Shown here one piece after another: positions 51,476 to 64,000 of a stretch of 64,000 nt of DNA. The stretch is from contig MU057398.1 of assembly GCA_013265495.1 (NCBI GenBank), positions 248,001-312,000 on the forward strand. Direction: 5' to 3'. The notes below the pieces were generated by a model. The model saw only the letters and a list, made by a program, of their open reading frames with translations. It had not been told where the DNA came from and searched no databases. Position 1 is the first letter of the stretch. Every line of letters starts with the position of its first letter. The translations under genes and the position numbers were made by a program. The DNA comes from Vicugna vicugna (lineage: Eukaryota).

Positions 51476-51670
51476 ATGTGTGTGTCTGCGTGTGTGTGTA
51501 CATGTATGTGTGTGCGTGTGAGCAGCTGCACAGAGCAGGTGAGGTGGCATGCGTGCATGCACACTGGGAACTTGTGGGAGTGCATGCTGTGATTGCAGGC
51601 AGAAGTGTGCCGGAGGGAGTGGGAGTGGACGAGGCCCAAGAGTGTGTGCGTGTGTGTGTGTGTGTGTGTC
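51476..51670. repeat. (TG)n-rich simple repeats
   Basis: tgtgtgtgtctgcgtgtgtgtgtacatgtatgtgtgtgcg and a (TG)n run at ~51643-51669. Confidence 0.85.
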
Positions 51671-52779
51671 CCAGGGGCTCTGGGAGATAAGCTGGTATTT
51701 GAGGAGCATCCTCAGGCTCTTGAACAAAGGAGGCAGCCTCTACCCTCTACCCTATCCCCACCCCCAGCCCCTCTTCTGATGCAGCAGCCATGTGGCTGTG
51801 CACGTCTGGTCCCTCTATGCCTCCAGCTTCATTTTTACTCCAAAAAGAAACACATGCATACATGCCACAAGGGGTCTTTTTTAGGTCCCTGAACAGGTTA
51901 AGCATTTTCATGTTTCCACACTCTTGCGCATGTTCTTCCCACGTGGCACAACTTCCTTCCCTGCTCCACCTGGTGAACTTCTACTTCACGACTCAGCCCC
52001 AGGGCCCACCCTCTCCAGAGCTTTCTCTGGTTCTGCCCAATCTGTGAATTTTTGACCACTTGTTGAAGGCAGTCTACTTCCTCCTGGGGCTTCAGTTGCC
52101 ATCTCAGTAACTATCCCCAGACCTACATCATCCCTGGGAACCAGTCGAATCTGTTCAATCATTCATTCCACAGACGTTTGTTAGATGCCAACTAAATTAT
52201 GCTTTCTCTCTAAAGATAAGCTCTTAGTTAACATAACTAATTATCAATTACTATATTGGGATGCATATTTAAGAAAAGCTGTAATTTAGAGCAGGGTTTA
52301 AAGAAATGCCATTAATTAGTAATAAACTCAGGACCTGGTTTCAATGTCAGCTATGAACTGCCTCCGCTTGTTAAAGCTGGGTCTGGCTTAGAGGTAGAAT
52401 AAGCAAACACCTCTTCATGGAACTCCAAGTTTCTTATCAAAAGCCCCAGCCCCATCCGTGCCTCTGCTATGTTGGAGCTCCCAAGCAGGGGAGAATGTTC
52501 GCTGGCAGCTTCATCCCTTTTCCATGGTGAGGGGCAGAGAGGAGTGAGGCTTTCCTTCCTTCTCCTTAATCTGGGTCTAGAATAGCCAAAGAGAGTGGAA
52601 CTTCCTCCTCTGGTTGAGTTCCCTTTCCCTCCAGGATCTTCCTCTGCTGCTGGGCCCCCTATGTCATGAAAACTATAACTGGTAAAAAGAAGACAATCAT
52701 CTGTGTAAAAATACAAAAATTCATCTCAACAACAACAAAAACTTATCATGATAAGTGATCAGTCCACCTAGAAGACAGA

Positions 52780-53355
52780 GCAATCCTAAATGTGCGCCAG
52801 CCACAGAGCCGCAAACCCGGTTAAGCAAAAACGGTTAGAACCGAAAAGAGAAATAGACAAATCCACAGTTATAGTTGGAGATTTCAACATTCCTCTCTCA
52901 AAAATTGGCAAAACAACTAGAGAAAAAATCAGCAAGGATATAGAAGAACTCAACAGCACCATCAACAAAGAGGATCTAATAGACATTTATGAAACACTCT
53001 ACCCAATGATAGTAGATACTCATTCTTTAAACACACCATGGGACACATACCAAAATACAGCATATCACAGGCCATGAAATAAACCTCAACAAATTGGAAA
53101 GAACTGGAATCATACACAGTGCATTCTCCAATCACAAGAGAATCAAACTAGAAGTCAGTAACAGAAAGATAACAAAAAGGATCTCTAGACACTAGGAAAC
53201 TAAACAACACACTTCTAAATAATCCATGGGGCAAAGAGGAAGTTGGAAGGAAAAAATTTAAGTACACCGAAGTGAATGAAAATAAAAGTACAACATAGCA
53301 AAATTTATGAGGTGCAGCTAAAGCAGTGCTGAGGAGGGATATTTATAGCAAAAAA
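52780..53355 (+). mobile_element. L1 ORF2 endonuclease-domain relic
   Basis: ORF 52790-53077 reads EIDKSTVIVGDFNIPLS...KISKDIEELNSTINKEDLIDIY (L1 endonuclease GDFN motif), continuing through frameshifts to aaatttatgaggtgcagctaaagcagtgct. Confidence 0.9.
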
Positions 53356-53584
53356 AGAGAAAGATTGTTTCTCTCTGTGAAACAGGAATCAATTTATCCA
53401 AGGTAGGATAGTGCATAGAGTAAGAGTGGACAATTTGCCTTCACTCACTCAATCAGCAGTATCTGTCAGGCCCAACACTTCAGAAATATACCCTTCCAAA
53501 TACAATTAGTACCTGGCTGTATCAGGAAGCTGGGAGACTTTAGAGCTCATATGTTTTTCTGGATCTAGATTTAAAATCGGAAGA

Positions 53585-53755
53585 GTTGCATTGAGTCCTG
53601 GGTCTGCTTCAAACTGACTGAATTACTCTGAGAAAGTCACTCAAATGTTCTGAATCTCAGTCTCCTCATTTGTGGAATGCGAAGCCCATCTGCCTCGTTG
53701 GGATACTGTACTTTGAATGACACAGCTGATGAGAAGGCATTTTGAAACTAGTAAG
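53585..53755. mobile_element. MIR-like SINE fragment
   Basis: gagtcctgggtctgc...gaaagtcactcaaatgttctgaatctcagtctcctcatttgt (MIR core). Confidence 0.65.
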
Positions 53756-53761
53756 GTTCTC

Positions 53762-54165
53762 CATTAGTCTGCTAGAGCTGATATAACAAAGTACCACACA
53801 CTGGATGGCTTAAAACAACAGACATTTATTGTGTCACAGCTCTGGAGGCCAGAATCCACTTGTCTGCAGGGTCTTCCTGGTGTCGCCCTAGCTCCTGATG
53901 CTGTGCTGGCCATCTCTGGTGTTCCTTGGTCTGTGCAACTCTGCCTCCAGCCTCACACGGCCTTCTCCCTGTGAGTGTGTGTCTGTGTGTAAATGTCCCC
54001 TTTTCATAAGGACACTAATCATACTAAATCATAGGTTCATCCCGCTCCAGTATTAATTACATCTACAATGACCCTATTTCCAAATAAGGTAACATTCACA
54101 GGTACAGGAAGGTTAGGACTTCAACATATAAGTGGGGGAGAGGGGAGCAATTCAACCCATAACAA
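53762..54165. mobile_element. MLT1-like LTR
   Basis: taacaaagtaccacacactggatggcttaaaacaacagacatttatt...gaccctatttccaaataaggtaacattcacaggtac...aattcaacccataaca. Confidence 0.85.
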
Positions 54166-57100
54166 GCACTATACTAAGCTTATATTAGAACATTTTGGTC
54201 TTTTTGGTTATTGTCCCTTTTGTTGGCTACAGCTTATGTGGTCCAATTAAATCTTAATTAGATAGATATGAGTGTGTGCATGTGCGTGTGTGTTTCAACC
54301 TTGGCAGACTCCCTGCCAATCTGCCTGAATGGCTGGGGAGGTGAATTTATGCCCTGTGAAGGCTGGTGTACACTCACATGTGGACTCCATGTGACTGCCC
54401 CGGGTCCAGGTCAGCGCTGCCACAGCATTGTGGATAGAGCAAGTTCTAGTGCTGATGCAAGGAGCCAGCAGGGCCACCCAGCCTTTCCCCTTGGCCCACC
54501 CCAGGGCCCCTGCAGCCCTGGGAGTCAGCCAGGCTCTCAGCATACAACTTTGGAGCCATCCGGTGGGATTCCATGCCTCCTCATGGGCGCGCTGTCCTTC
54601 ATCATCTGAAGAGGCGCACTTTGCTCGTTTTCTCCCTTCCAGGTGGCAAGTGCTCACCCGAGGCTCCAGTTTCTGCAGTAACCAAGGCCTGTGGCTGACT
54701 GGTCACGGAACCCACAGCAGAGGTGCCCCAGGGATGCCCAATGGGTTGACAGGGCAGCTCATTCCCCTCCCGCCCCTGCCCACCTTTCCTCTTCAGCATG
54801 TGCCCAGTAAGCACCTCGGGGTGGGACAGGGGGTGGCCAGCGCAGTCCTTGGAAAGTACACTCAGCATTCTGAGCACAAAGACAAGGCTAGGAGCAGCCA
54901 TGGGGCACTGGCCGGCTGCCTGGAGAGGAAGAGGGATGGGGCGGGCAGATGAGGGGCAGTGGGAGACAAGGCTAGGGGACGCCTGGGGCCAGCAGGGTGC
55001 CAAGGTTACCCAAGGGTGCCTGCAGGCAGTGAGGCACACCAGAGCACAGAGACAGGACTCAAAGGCACTTATCTAGGCTCCACCCCAGGAATTCCAAGTC
55101 CTCACCGGCAGGCAGGACGAGGCCACGGGAATGAGGAGGCAGCACACCGCACGCCAGGAGTGCAGGATGAGGAGCAGGGGGGCAACCCGGGCAGGGAGGG
55201 GCCCTGACAAGTGGCAGCAGCCACAGGAGCCAGCCAGGTAGCCAGACAACTGCAGGCCAGTGCTGAGACCCCAGGATGCACCTCGAGTCCCACATGTGAG
55301 CAGTCCTGGTTCTCTGTCCTCAGGGCCAGCAACAGAGTGGGGTGCTGGGAAGGTCTGGGTGGGGTTACACAGCTATCCCAACTCAACATTGCTCATTCAG
55401 GAGACATTTGCGGAGGGCCTGCAGTGCCCAGGCCCGACACCAGGTGAGCCGGCGCACAGAGGCATCCACATTGGCGCTGGGCTCGCCAGCTGGCCAGGTA
55501 CAGGAGACAACAGACAGGGAAGCCCTGCAACGTGTGAGGGGGAGCAGAGTGACACCTGAAGAATGTGCTCCGAGCTGTGGGGCCAAGGGGGAGGACAGGG
55601 ACTCCACAGGCAGTGGATACCCTGTGTGCCAGGACACCAAGCCAGGAAGCAGCCCGGTGTGGGTAAGGCCCAGGCCAAGTGCAGCCCCAGGGTGTGTGGG
55701 GAGGCGTGGGGGTCATGTGGAAGCAGCAGGGCCTCAGTGACAACAACATACAGTGAGAGTCCCCCCTCAGCGAGCCCCACACCGCAGCCCATCAGGGTCC
55801 AGGCTGGCCCCTCCCCCAGGTCCCGGACCCTCTCGTCCATGGTGCCCCTTCCCCCAGCCTGCTCACAGCCAGATGTCCACTAAGGCTGAGAGCCAGGAAG
55901 GCAGTAGGGGATGGTGGGGGATGAGATGGGGGGGCGCGGCCTGGCACCAGCTGCAATGAAAGTGCTGCCTCCTGGTCCAAAGGGGGAGGCCGGGAGCCCT
56001 AACCCTGTGGCCCCTGCCCCCACAGCCACAGCCACATGGGCCTCTCTGGGGGCTGCCAGGCCCCATGCCAGCAGCCCTCATGCCAGCCCCCTTGGCCTCT
56101 GGCCCCACGGATGGATGGCAGGGGCTAGGGTGACTCTCACCCTGCTCTGCTCCCCAGTACGGAGGTGTCCTAGAAAAGAGGCCTGACCACTGGCCATGGC
56201 CCAGTGGGCCATCCGGCCAGGGGCCCTGGGAGGGAGCTTGGGACTGGGTGGGCTGAGGGGCACCCAGGATGGGCCGTGTCTGTGTCCGAGGCCCTCCCTC
56301 CCGGGCTGCTCCAGGTCCCGGGCACCATCATGTGGGAGCCTCCCTCTGCCTGCAGGGCCGCCCTGCCCACAGGAAGGGCAGTGCTTGGGAACCTCAGCAG
56401 CCCGAGGAGCCCCGGCCCGCCTGGCCAGGGGCCATGAGCATCACTCCCAGGCCCATGGCTCCAAACCAAGATGGGACAGTTTGCCCCAGTTCTTCCAGGA
56501 GGAGCGAAGCTGAGGCCTGTGGGTGGGGTCAGGGTGTCGGGAAAGGTCCCCCAGGCCTGGCGTGACAGGTGGAGGCCCTTCCCCGTGCTAGGCACCGAGG
56601 GCACCGGGTGCTTTCGGCCGGGCTGGTCCTTCTGTGGAGAAGGGCCCTCCCTGCGAGGTGGTGCCCTGTGCACCACCACGAGCCACGCCTGTGGCCTTGT
56701 GGACAGCGGTTCCTCAGAGAGCCCGCCTACTGCTCCACAGACTCGAGCCCAGTTCAGGGTCTGCGGCAGAACGCAAGCGTGTAGGGGTGTCCGGTGTCAC
56801 CCAGTCCGGGGACCGATGATGTTCCCGGGCCAGTCAGGAAAAAGTCACCTTAGCTGAGTCCACCTTCGTTCAAGGCCAGCCGGAGACCAGACTCCCAGAG
56901 AACAGCACCAGGGCCAAAGCCCTGTCTTCTGAGGTCCACAGTGGCCGGGCTGGAGCTGGCCGGCAGCGACCCCCGCATCTCCCTGTCTCCTCCTTGGCTG
57001 CCAGCTTTGGTTTTCTGTTTCTCAGTCAGGAGGGTCCGGGGATCTTGTTGATTTGTCTATCAATTCTAGCCAAGCTCTTGGATTCATTTGCTCCTGGGAG

Positions 57101-60100
57101 TCTACACACATTACTTGAGCCCCATCCCAAAGTCAGATGAAAAGCGTTGGAGACAGACACCAACACACAGCATGGCCCCTCTCTGCCAAATGTTCTGTCA
57201 GCTCAAAGAGAGGAGGCTTCTCAGCCAAGGGCTGCAGTGGTCCAGGCCTGACAGGACACGGTCAGCCTGGGCCAGAGAGATAGGATGATGTGATGGTAAG
57301 AGGTGGAGGCATGGCAGGTGAAGACTTCGGGGGATATCAGGATGGTGGGAATATATTTTGCACATGGGCTGATGTAAAGTGGGGCCAGAGAGTCACCCCA
57401 CAAAATGTGGGTGTGCCTTGAGCCTCCGAATGTCAGCTTATTTAGAATAAGTGGATAGGAGACAGCTGGTACATTCTGGTAACCACCGGTAGTGAGGGGG
57501 ACCAGAGGAGTGTCCTGGGAGAGAGGGGTGGGGAGGCAGCAGGAGCCGGTCACACAGGACCATGTGAGGTGGCCAGAGTGCTTGGACTTTGTCCTCAAGG
57601 CCACTTGGGGCCACTGAAGGGTGCTGAGGTTCAGAGTGCCTGATAACCTCTGCCTTATGACAGTTGCCACATCCGCCGTGCGGGGGATGGGTGGGAGGGC
57701 TGAGCAGACAGCAATGGGGCAGGGCCTGGCCAGGGACAGGAGGGTCTGCACCTGTAAGCTCCTTAAGTTTCAAACTCAGCAGAAACCGGCATGCAAGGGG
57801 GTGGTGGAGAGAAAGGGGAATTGAGTACAACCCTCAAGGCTGGGATTTGGGCAACCAAGGGAGACAGTGAGTTCCCTGTGGGCTACCATGCACCTGAAGG
57901 GTCATAGGTCATCCAGGTGGTGGTTGCCAGTTGGCAGAAGTTGGAACTGTGGGCCTGGCCCTTGGGAAACCCAGATGTCACAGTCATCACCCAGGAGAGG
58001 AGCTAAGGGTATCCAGTGGGAACACGTAGAGGGAGAAGAGGACCTGAGAGCCTGAGACAGACTTGACAGAAATGGCCAGAGGGGAGGGAAGGAAACCAGG
58101 AACGTGAGATATCATGGAGGGCAGAGAGGGTACGAGTTTCTGCAGAAGGTGCTGAGGGCCAGAGTAAAAGCGAGGCAGAAGCGGGCACCTTAGCAGGTGG
58201 CATCTGGGGCAGTGGCTGAGGGGATAGGAGGTCGGGCCAACTCAAGAGAGGAGGACCCCACCTCTTCTGAGCCTGGACACCAGGTGGCTGGGACAACTTC
58301 TAGTGTCTTTGACTCAGGAAGGGAAGGAAATGCAGGTAGCTCTCACTGGACCAGCCTGAACATGGTTGGTAATGTGGGTGGCAGAGGCACCCACTGAGAG
58401 GGACAGGCCAGAGCTGGGCTCCTGGAGACTGATGGAGCTGGGGAGTGGCTGCTGAGGATTGTGGGAAGGAAGGAAGGTAGCCAGGGGCCAGTAAGGAATT
58501 CTACAGTGGGGCACTAAGTGGAGATGGCCAGGATCACCAGAGAAGCATTGAGAAGCATGGGTTCAAATGGGCCATCATGAGGATGAGGGTGGGCCTGGCA
58601 GGACGGAGGCCATGAGCCCAGACCCAAGGCCCCGGAAGTGCATCCAAAACCAGGGAGTGTGGGATGCGATGGCTGAGAGGAGGAGCCTTGAAGGTTCTGG
58701 AGTTTGACAAGAAGGTGGACAAGTTACATCTAGAAGACACCACCTTGGGAGGCAAGGTGATGCCAAGTGGCCTTGGGCTCCAGGAGGTGGATGTGGGAGA
58801 ACACACAGAACCCAGAGGCCAGAGCTCAGGGGTGTCTCCACCCCAAAGGCACAGAGCATCGTGGAAGGGTTTCAGAGAGCCATTTAGGTACTTGGGTGGA
58901 GGCAAAGCTGGTGGTACAAGAGGACACAGTGGTGAGAGCCACGGGGGAAGGGCAGGCTTGGCTGACAGTGTTCTGAGCCCATGTCCACCTTCCTGAAGAC
59001 AACTTCTGGACACTTCTCTCCCTAGTTACCATGGTGAATGGGGCCGTTACTGAGAACCAGAGCCCCAGAAGCTTACATCTGGGCCATAGTGACTTCGTTC
59101 TGATGATTGCCTTACAGACTTGGGGACTCCATCTTTGACCCCTCCTTTCTCCTCTGGGGCTGTGGAGAACAGGCAGCTCAAGCCAGGTCTGCCATGGGGA
59201 GGCTAAGGCTACCATCACAGTCCCTGTGGCTCTGGTAAGGTCTCCAACAGCAGGTCCCAAGAGTCAAGCCTTGCAGGTTGACACATGGGGCTCTGTGTTC
59301 CCTTCATGGCCCCACCCATGCCAGCCCCAACAGCTGCCCTCGAAGTAGGGGTGCAGCGACGAGAGACTTTCAAGGGCTAGAAAACCAGTCTCAGGCCATT
59401 GCTCCGGGTTGCTGACGCTGCAAGCCCTCACAGGCTGCGCCTTGTCTCTCTGTAACAATGAACTGCTGCTGGCAAAAGAGGGGGCCCTAGCTCAAAGGCA
59501 CCGAGTGCTCACCACCTGCCAGGTACCGGGCAAGGCCCTCCCATGCCTGTATCCCACGGGAGAAAGTGGGCGCCGGGAGTGATCCGCCACACTGCCCAGG
59601 CCCACGGTGAAAGATGGAGATGGCCCTGAGAACTGTTATCCTGTCATCAACAGGCAGGATAGCGAAGACCTCGGCAAGGAACTCAGTGACCGCTCACAGC
59701 CTCCTGCTGAGAGGACCAGCTTCAGGTGAGGGGCTGTGGCTGTCCCCTTCCTGCCCGTGGTGTCTCTGGGACAGGGGCTCGCTGGCCCCCACTTCCCAGT
59801 AGACAAGGAGACTGACCCCCTGGCTTCACTGCCGTCGGGCCCTAGTTGTACCCCACCCCGTCCCTGCCCAGGGGCCGCTCAGCGCCCTCCTCTCCATGGG
59901 AAGCAGGTACTGCGGGGTAACAGCTACTCTCTAAATTTAGATGGGAAACATCCCCACGGAGTTGGCAGAAATATCTGCACCTTCCTCATCTCAAGTCTCT
60001 CAAGCAGGAAAGTGGGAAGTGGGCAGCGAAAGCAGAGTGAGGGTGCTGCCCGGACGGCAGGGGCAGGGCGAAGAGATGGTGACAGAAGAGAAGGCCCTCA

Positions 60101-63100
60101 TCTGGGCTGGAGGGCACCTGCTCCAGGGATCTCTGTCACCCTTGGGCCACAGCCTCGGGCTCCACCCTGGCAGGGCTGGCCTGGACTCCAAGGCAGACCA
60201 AGCCCTTGCCACCGCAGCTGGCTCATTGCCAGCTCGGGCTGTGTGAGCAGCTCTCTAGGGCCCCTCTGTGACCAGGAGCTGCGTCCTTCCCTGCTCTGGC
60301 TGCATCGCTGGCCCCCTCCTGCTGGCCCCCAAACCTACAAGAAAGAATAACCTGGATTAGAACCCAAGCCCCCAAAGGCAGAGGCAGTCCGCTTTTTGGA
60401 GGCTGGGGCCTGGCTGGGGTCCTTGGCCTTGTCTCTCTGTGCCTCGGTTTCCTCAGGTCAAAGGCTCCTTGTCCTTGTTCCTAGTACAGTTATGGGGGAG
60501 CTACCAGTTCTCATTATTCAAGGGTCTTGTGACGATGTCTTCCTTGCAAGCATGGAAGGCTGGCTCCCAAATTGTAATCTGTCAGCTGGAAACTTTGGTG
60601 ACAGTAGCGCTTCAAAAGGCTGCATGACTCGGCTTGGTAGGGCCCCACTCCAGTCTCCCTCCCAGCTGCCAAGTGGCTCTGGGAGCCCACCCTGCCTAGC
60701 ACCCTCCTGAGGCCCAGGCCCCGAGGGCCCGCCCACAGCACCAGCTTTGCTGCTGGCTCCTGCCCTGGAGGGTGCTTCCTGCCACATGCAGCTCTGGGTT
60801 CAGGCCCCGGCTTCACTACCGCTGCTGCGGGGCTCTGGCCAAGTCACTGCCCTGGGCCTTAGCTCCCTCCAGCCTCCACCTACCTCAGTCACTGTGAGGG
60901 ATGGACTAGGGCTTCGGTGCCCAGAGCGAGGCCTGCAGAGAGGCTCCCAGACCAGCCCGGGGGTGGGGGGAGGGGTGGAAAGCTCCAGCAGTGGGAGGAG
61001 AGGTACAGATGGTGTCAGGCCTCCGGCTGGGTGCAAGGAGCCACCAGGGGCCCAGGCTGGGCCTTGCAGTGTTGGGAGGAGGAGCAGGAGGCAGCAGGGG
61101 GAGGTGGCCAGACAAGGAACTCCTTGCTGCCATCAAGGGGGCAGACCCCGGAGGATCAGACGAGAAAAAGTCCTTCAAAGAGGACTAAGCTGGGATCAGG
61201 AGTCAGATTGAGCCCCCACCTGGGTCCAACTTCATGGCCTGCTTCCTGTATCCTTTCCTGTGATGACATGGCCTAACTCAAGAGGCACATTCCTGGAGGG
61301 GGATGGAGAGATACGGCCAGAAAGCCAGGTGGGCCCCTCACAGAGACCTTCATCAGAGCCATTGGCAGAAGTGGCGGGTGTGGAGTCCCACAGCAGAGGA
61401 AGGGCTCCCTACAGGCCCTCTGCACCCCCAATCTCCTGACCTGCCCCTACACCCTTGGTGGCTCCCCTCTCTCCTGGCCCCATTCAGCCCTCTCTCTCCT
61501 CACTTTCCACCACTCTCCCCCTCTTCCCTCTCGCCTCCCTTTGCCAGTCCAGCCAATGGGTGTGGGTGTCTGGCTCTCTCGCAGTAAAAGGATTATCTCA
61601 TCTGTAATGTATATCCAGACCTGCACACTGCTTCTTGGGAGGACAAGACAAGGAGAGGGAGCCCGTGCAGCTGGCTGGAGGGGGTTTATAACCAGGTTAT
61701 TGAACCTGAACCTGAGCCCTCCCGGAATGGGGGTGTTAATGGCTCCCGAGGTCCTGGCCCCTCGGAAATCAATGGCTGCTGTGCTGCACAGCTTGGCCCC
61801 CCACACACACCACTCCTGGCTCCGCCTAGCTCTTACCCTCACTCATTCACCTGGGTTGCAAGTGGTGATCTGAGAGTCACCCCAGGGCCATTTGGTTAAA
61901 AACGCCAGGCCAGCTGTGGTTCTGCTGGGAGCTGCCGCAGGCAGGCAGGATGCTCCGGAATAAGGTCTAGCATGTGCCCCTGAAGGCATGGCAACTGGTA
62001 GGGAGACGCGTCTAGAAGATGCTGGCTAAAGCGCCTCAGATGGGGGAAGGGTGGAATGAAGCCTGTTACCCAGTGGCGGCCTGGGGGGAGGTTGTCATGT
62101 GAGCAAATGGCTTCAGTGGCAGACGCTGCTCTGTGGGACCTGATGGTTGCCCAGAAATGAAACCTCGCTTGTGTGTGCACCCCAGTGCCTGAGCCCCGGG
62201 TGGGAGCAGGGGGTCCACACAAGGGCCAAGTGGAATGGGCCTCTCCTCAAAGCCACGATTGTCTGGAAAGTGACCCGGAACCAGGACCTGAACAAGGTGT
62301 CCCTTCACTAGTACAGCCGTCTTCAGCCAAAGGCCCACCATGGTACACCCGGCCCAGCTTTCCACCCATGCAGTTCCCTCCGAGCCACAGGGGGGTGGGG
62401 GGTGCTGGCGGGAGAGGGGGCAGGGCTGCAGAGGTGAGGGTGAGGGCTGGAACCACCCAGTCTTCCCCACTGAGATTTCTGTTAGGAGCAGACAGTATCG
62501 GAGCACATGGGCTTGGCTGCTTCGGAGAGACGGAGGTCCAGCTGTGCCTTCAGAACTACCTCAGATTCCAACACGGATGGCCTCTCACTCAAGTCCTCTT
62601 AGAGAAAGTTTTCCATTTTATTCCTCAACAGGGCCCAGGCCAGGCCTTGTTCACCAAGACACGTCCCTAGGGTTAAGGAGGGAGGCCCCATTTCCTCGGG
62701 CGGAGCAGTCCTGTGCCTTTAGAGCTTCTAGGACTGGCCTGGCTGCTCGTGGTGGCTTTCTTCTCTTCCGGTGCTGGGTGGGTCTCATTGCCTGGGGAGC
62801 AGAGGCGCTGTGGGAGGGCTGGGGTAGGAGCTTTGCAGGGATGCGGGGCAGCATCATTCAATCCAAATGTTCCTCCTCCAGCCGTTCAGCCTTGAGTCAC
62901 TAAAGCACAGGGTGGGGGGAGTGGTTGGTTATCCAACCTTTCCAGAAACTCCTCTGTGAGTCAGCTCACCAAGTCTTTGCAGGGGGCCAACTGAGTGCCC
63001 AGGGTCCTGGGCATGGCTGCCATATGTCTTCCCCAAAAGGGAGGATCACTGGCGGGGGGCGGGCAGCCCCATCTTTTGTGGTCTCCGTGTATTTTCACAT

Positions 63101-64000
63101 TTTGACAGATAAAATGGTCCTACTGCTGAATGGTACAGCTGTGAGCACATGTTGATTTCTTAGCAAAGCCCCCTGACTTCAGGACAGCTGGCAGTGTGGA
63201 TGGTCAGGGAAGCACGGGGTCAAGCAGCAAGACCCAAAGTTTCATTTGCTCACCTATGTGGTGTCGTTTGGGCAGTTCAACTCCAGACTGCACCCTGGAG
63301 CCTGGATGCTTAAGGGGAGGTGAAAGGTCAGGCCAGCCCAGGGCACCTTGGGCGCACCTGTCAGATGCACCCGCCGTGGGGTCCAGCCCAGAAAAGCCCA
63401 GGGGCCAAAGCAGGGAAAGAGTCGTCAAGGTAGGCATCTGCTGAGGCTGGAAGAGGCAAAGGGCAGGGTGGACATGCCAGGCTGGTGGCAGCAGGGCCCC
63501 GCCCTGGCTCCCACACCCGGATAGAAAGCACAGCAAAGCTAGGAGGGCCCTTGGAGGTGACGAGGTCTGCCCGTCGCCCCCAACTTACGGATGAGGAAAC
63601 AAAGCTGCCCCTCTCCTCTCTTTTCCAGGGGTGATGACTTAGGGGAATTCCAGGCTGCCGCAGACACTAGCCAGGTGGCCAGGCCTTCCTTGGCTGCCTC
63701 CTCACGTGTGCGGCATCCCAGCTCTACCGACCTCCCTCTCCATGTTGTCCCAGCCTTGAGCCCAGTCAGGCTCTGTCCCTACATTGCTGCGTGATCACCG
63801 GGAAACAACCACCTCAGTTTCCCTAGCTATAGCACAGGAACATCTCCTCCGAGTCCCAGACTGGACAAAATGAGGCCCCTGATGGTGATGCTTGTGGTCT
63901 TCGGTGCAAACTGGGCCCGGTGACAACAGCCCCCCCTCCCAGCCCCACCCCCAACGGCCTGTCTCCACCCCTTCCAGGCACTGAGACCCAAATACTATTA

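Noticed and set aside
52790..53077. Endonuclease-like ORF as a functional gene
   Set aside because: Fragment of L1 ORF2 with frameshifts and no reverse-transcriptase domain.
57500..59050. Purine-rich stretch with several ORFs
   Set aside because: Probably very degraded L2-type sequence; neither a gene nor repeat boundaries can be supported by eye.
60991..61188. Short ORF ending PDKELLAAIKGADPGGSDEKKSFKED
   Set aside because: Looks protein-like but I recognise no homologue, and it has no ATG start or convincing splice sites. A translated search would be needed.
31000..64000. DUSP9 or another protein-coding gene in the right half
   Set aside because: No phosphatase or rhodanese motifs, no CpG island and no coherent exon chain were seen.

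Overview
Mammalian genomic DNA, GC-rich and rich in old repeats. Three copies of a Vic-1-like tRNA-derived SINE point to a camelid (Camelus/Vicugna), and the gene order matches the X-linked ATP2B3-CCNQ(FAM58A)-(DUSP9) interval. The + strand holds the 3' end of ATP2B3 (plasma-membrane Ca2+-ATPase PMCA3): a small splice-site-C exon (4312-4380), the 154-nt site-C exon (4745-4898), the terminal coding exon (14983-15303) and a ~2.6 kb 3' UTR. The - strand holds the complete five-exon CCNQ (cyclin Q/M) gene (CDS 30258 to 19980, 250 aa, all GT-AG introns) with a CpG-island promoter, arranged tail-to-tail with ATP2B3. From ~31 kb to the end I see no recognisable gene, only L1, L2, MIR, MLT1 and SINE remnants. 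I find no evidence of a new multi-gene system. The most notable details are a tailless retrocopy of a 5' tRNA-Gly(TCC) half with a perfect target-site duplication, a +1 frameshift in the small PMCA3 site-C exon, a candidate extra ATP2B3 terminal exon behind a long AG-free pyrimidine tract, a CpG-rich hairpin in the distal ATP2B3 3' UTR, and back-to-back poly(A) signals at the CCNQ 3' end. Repeat family names and boundaries are by eye and approximate. Comparisons with human/rat proteins are from memory, not from a search.
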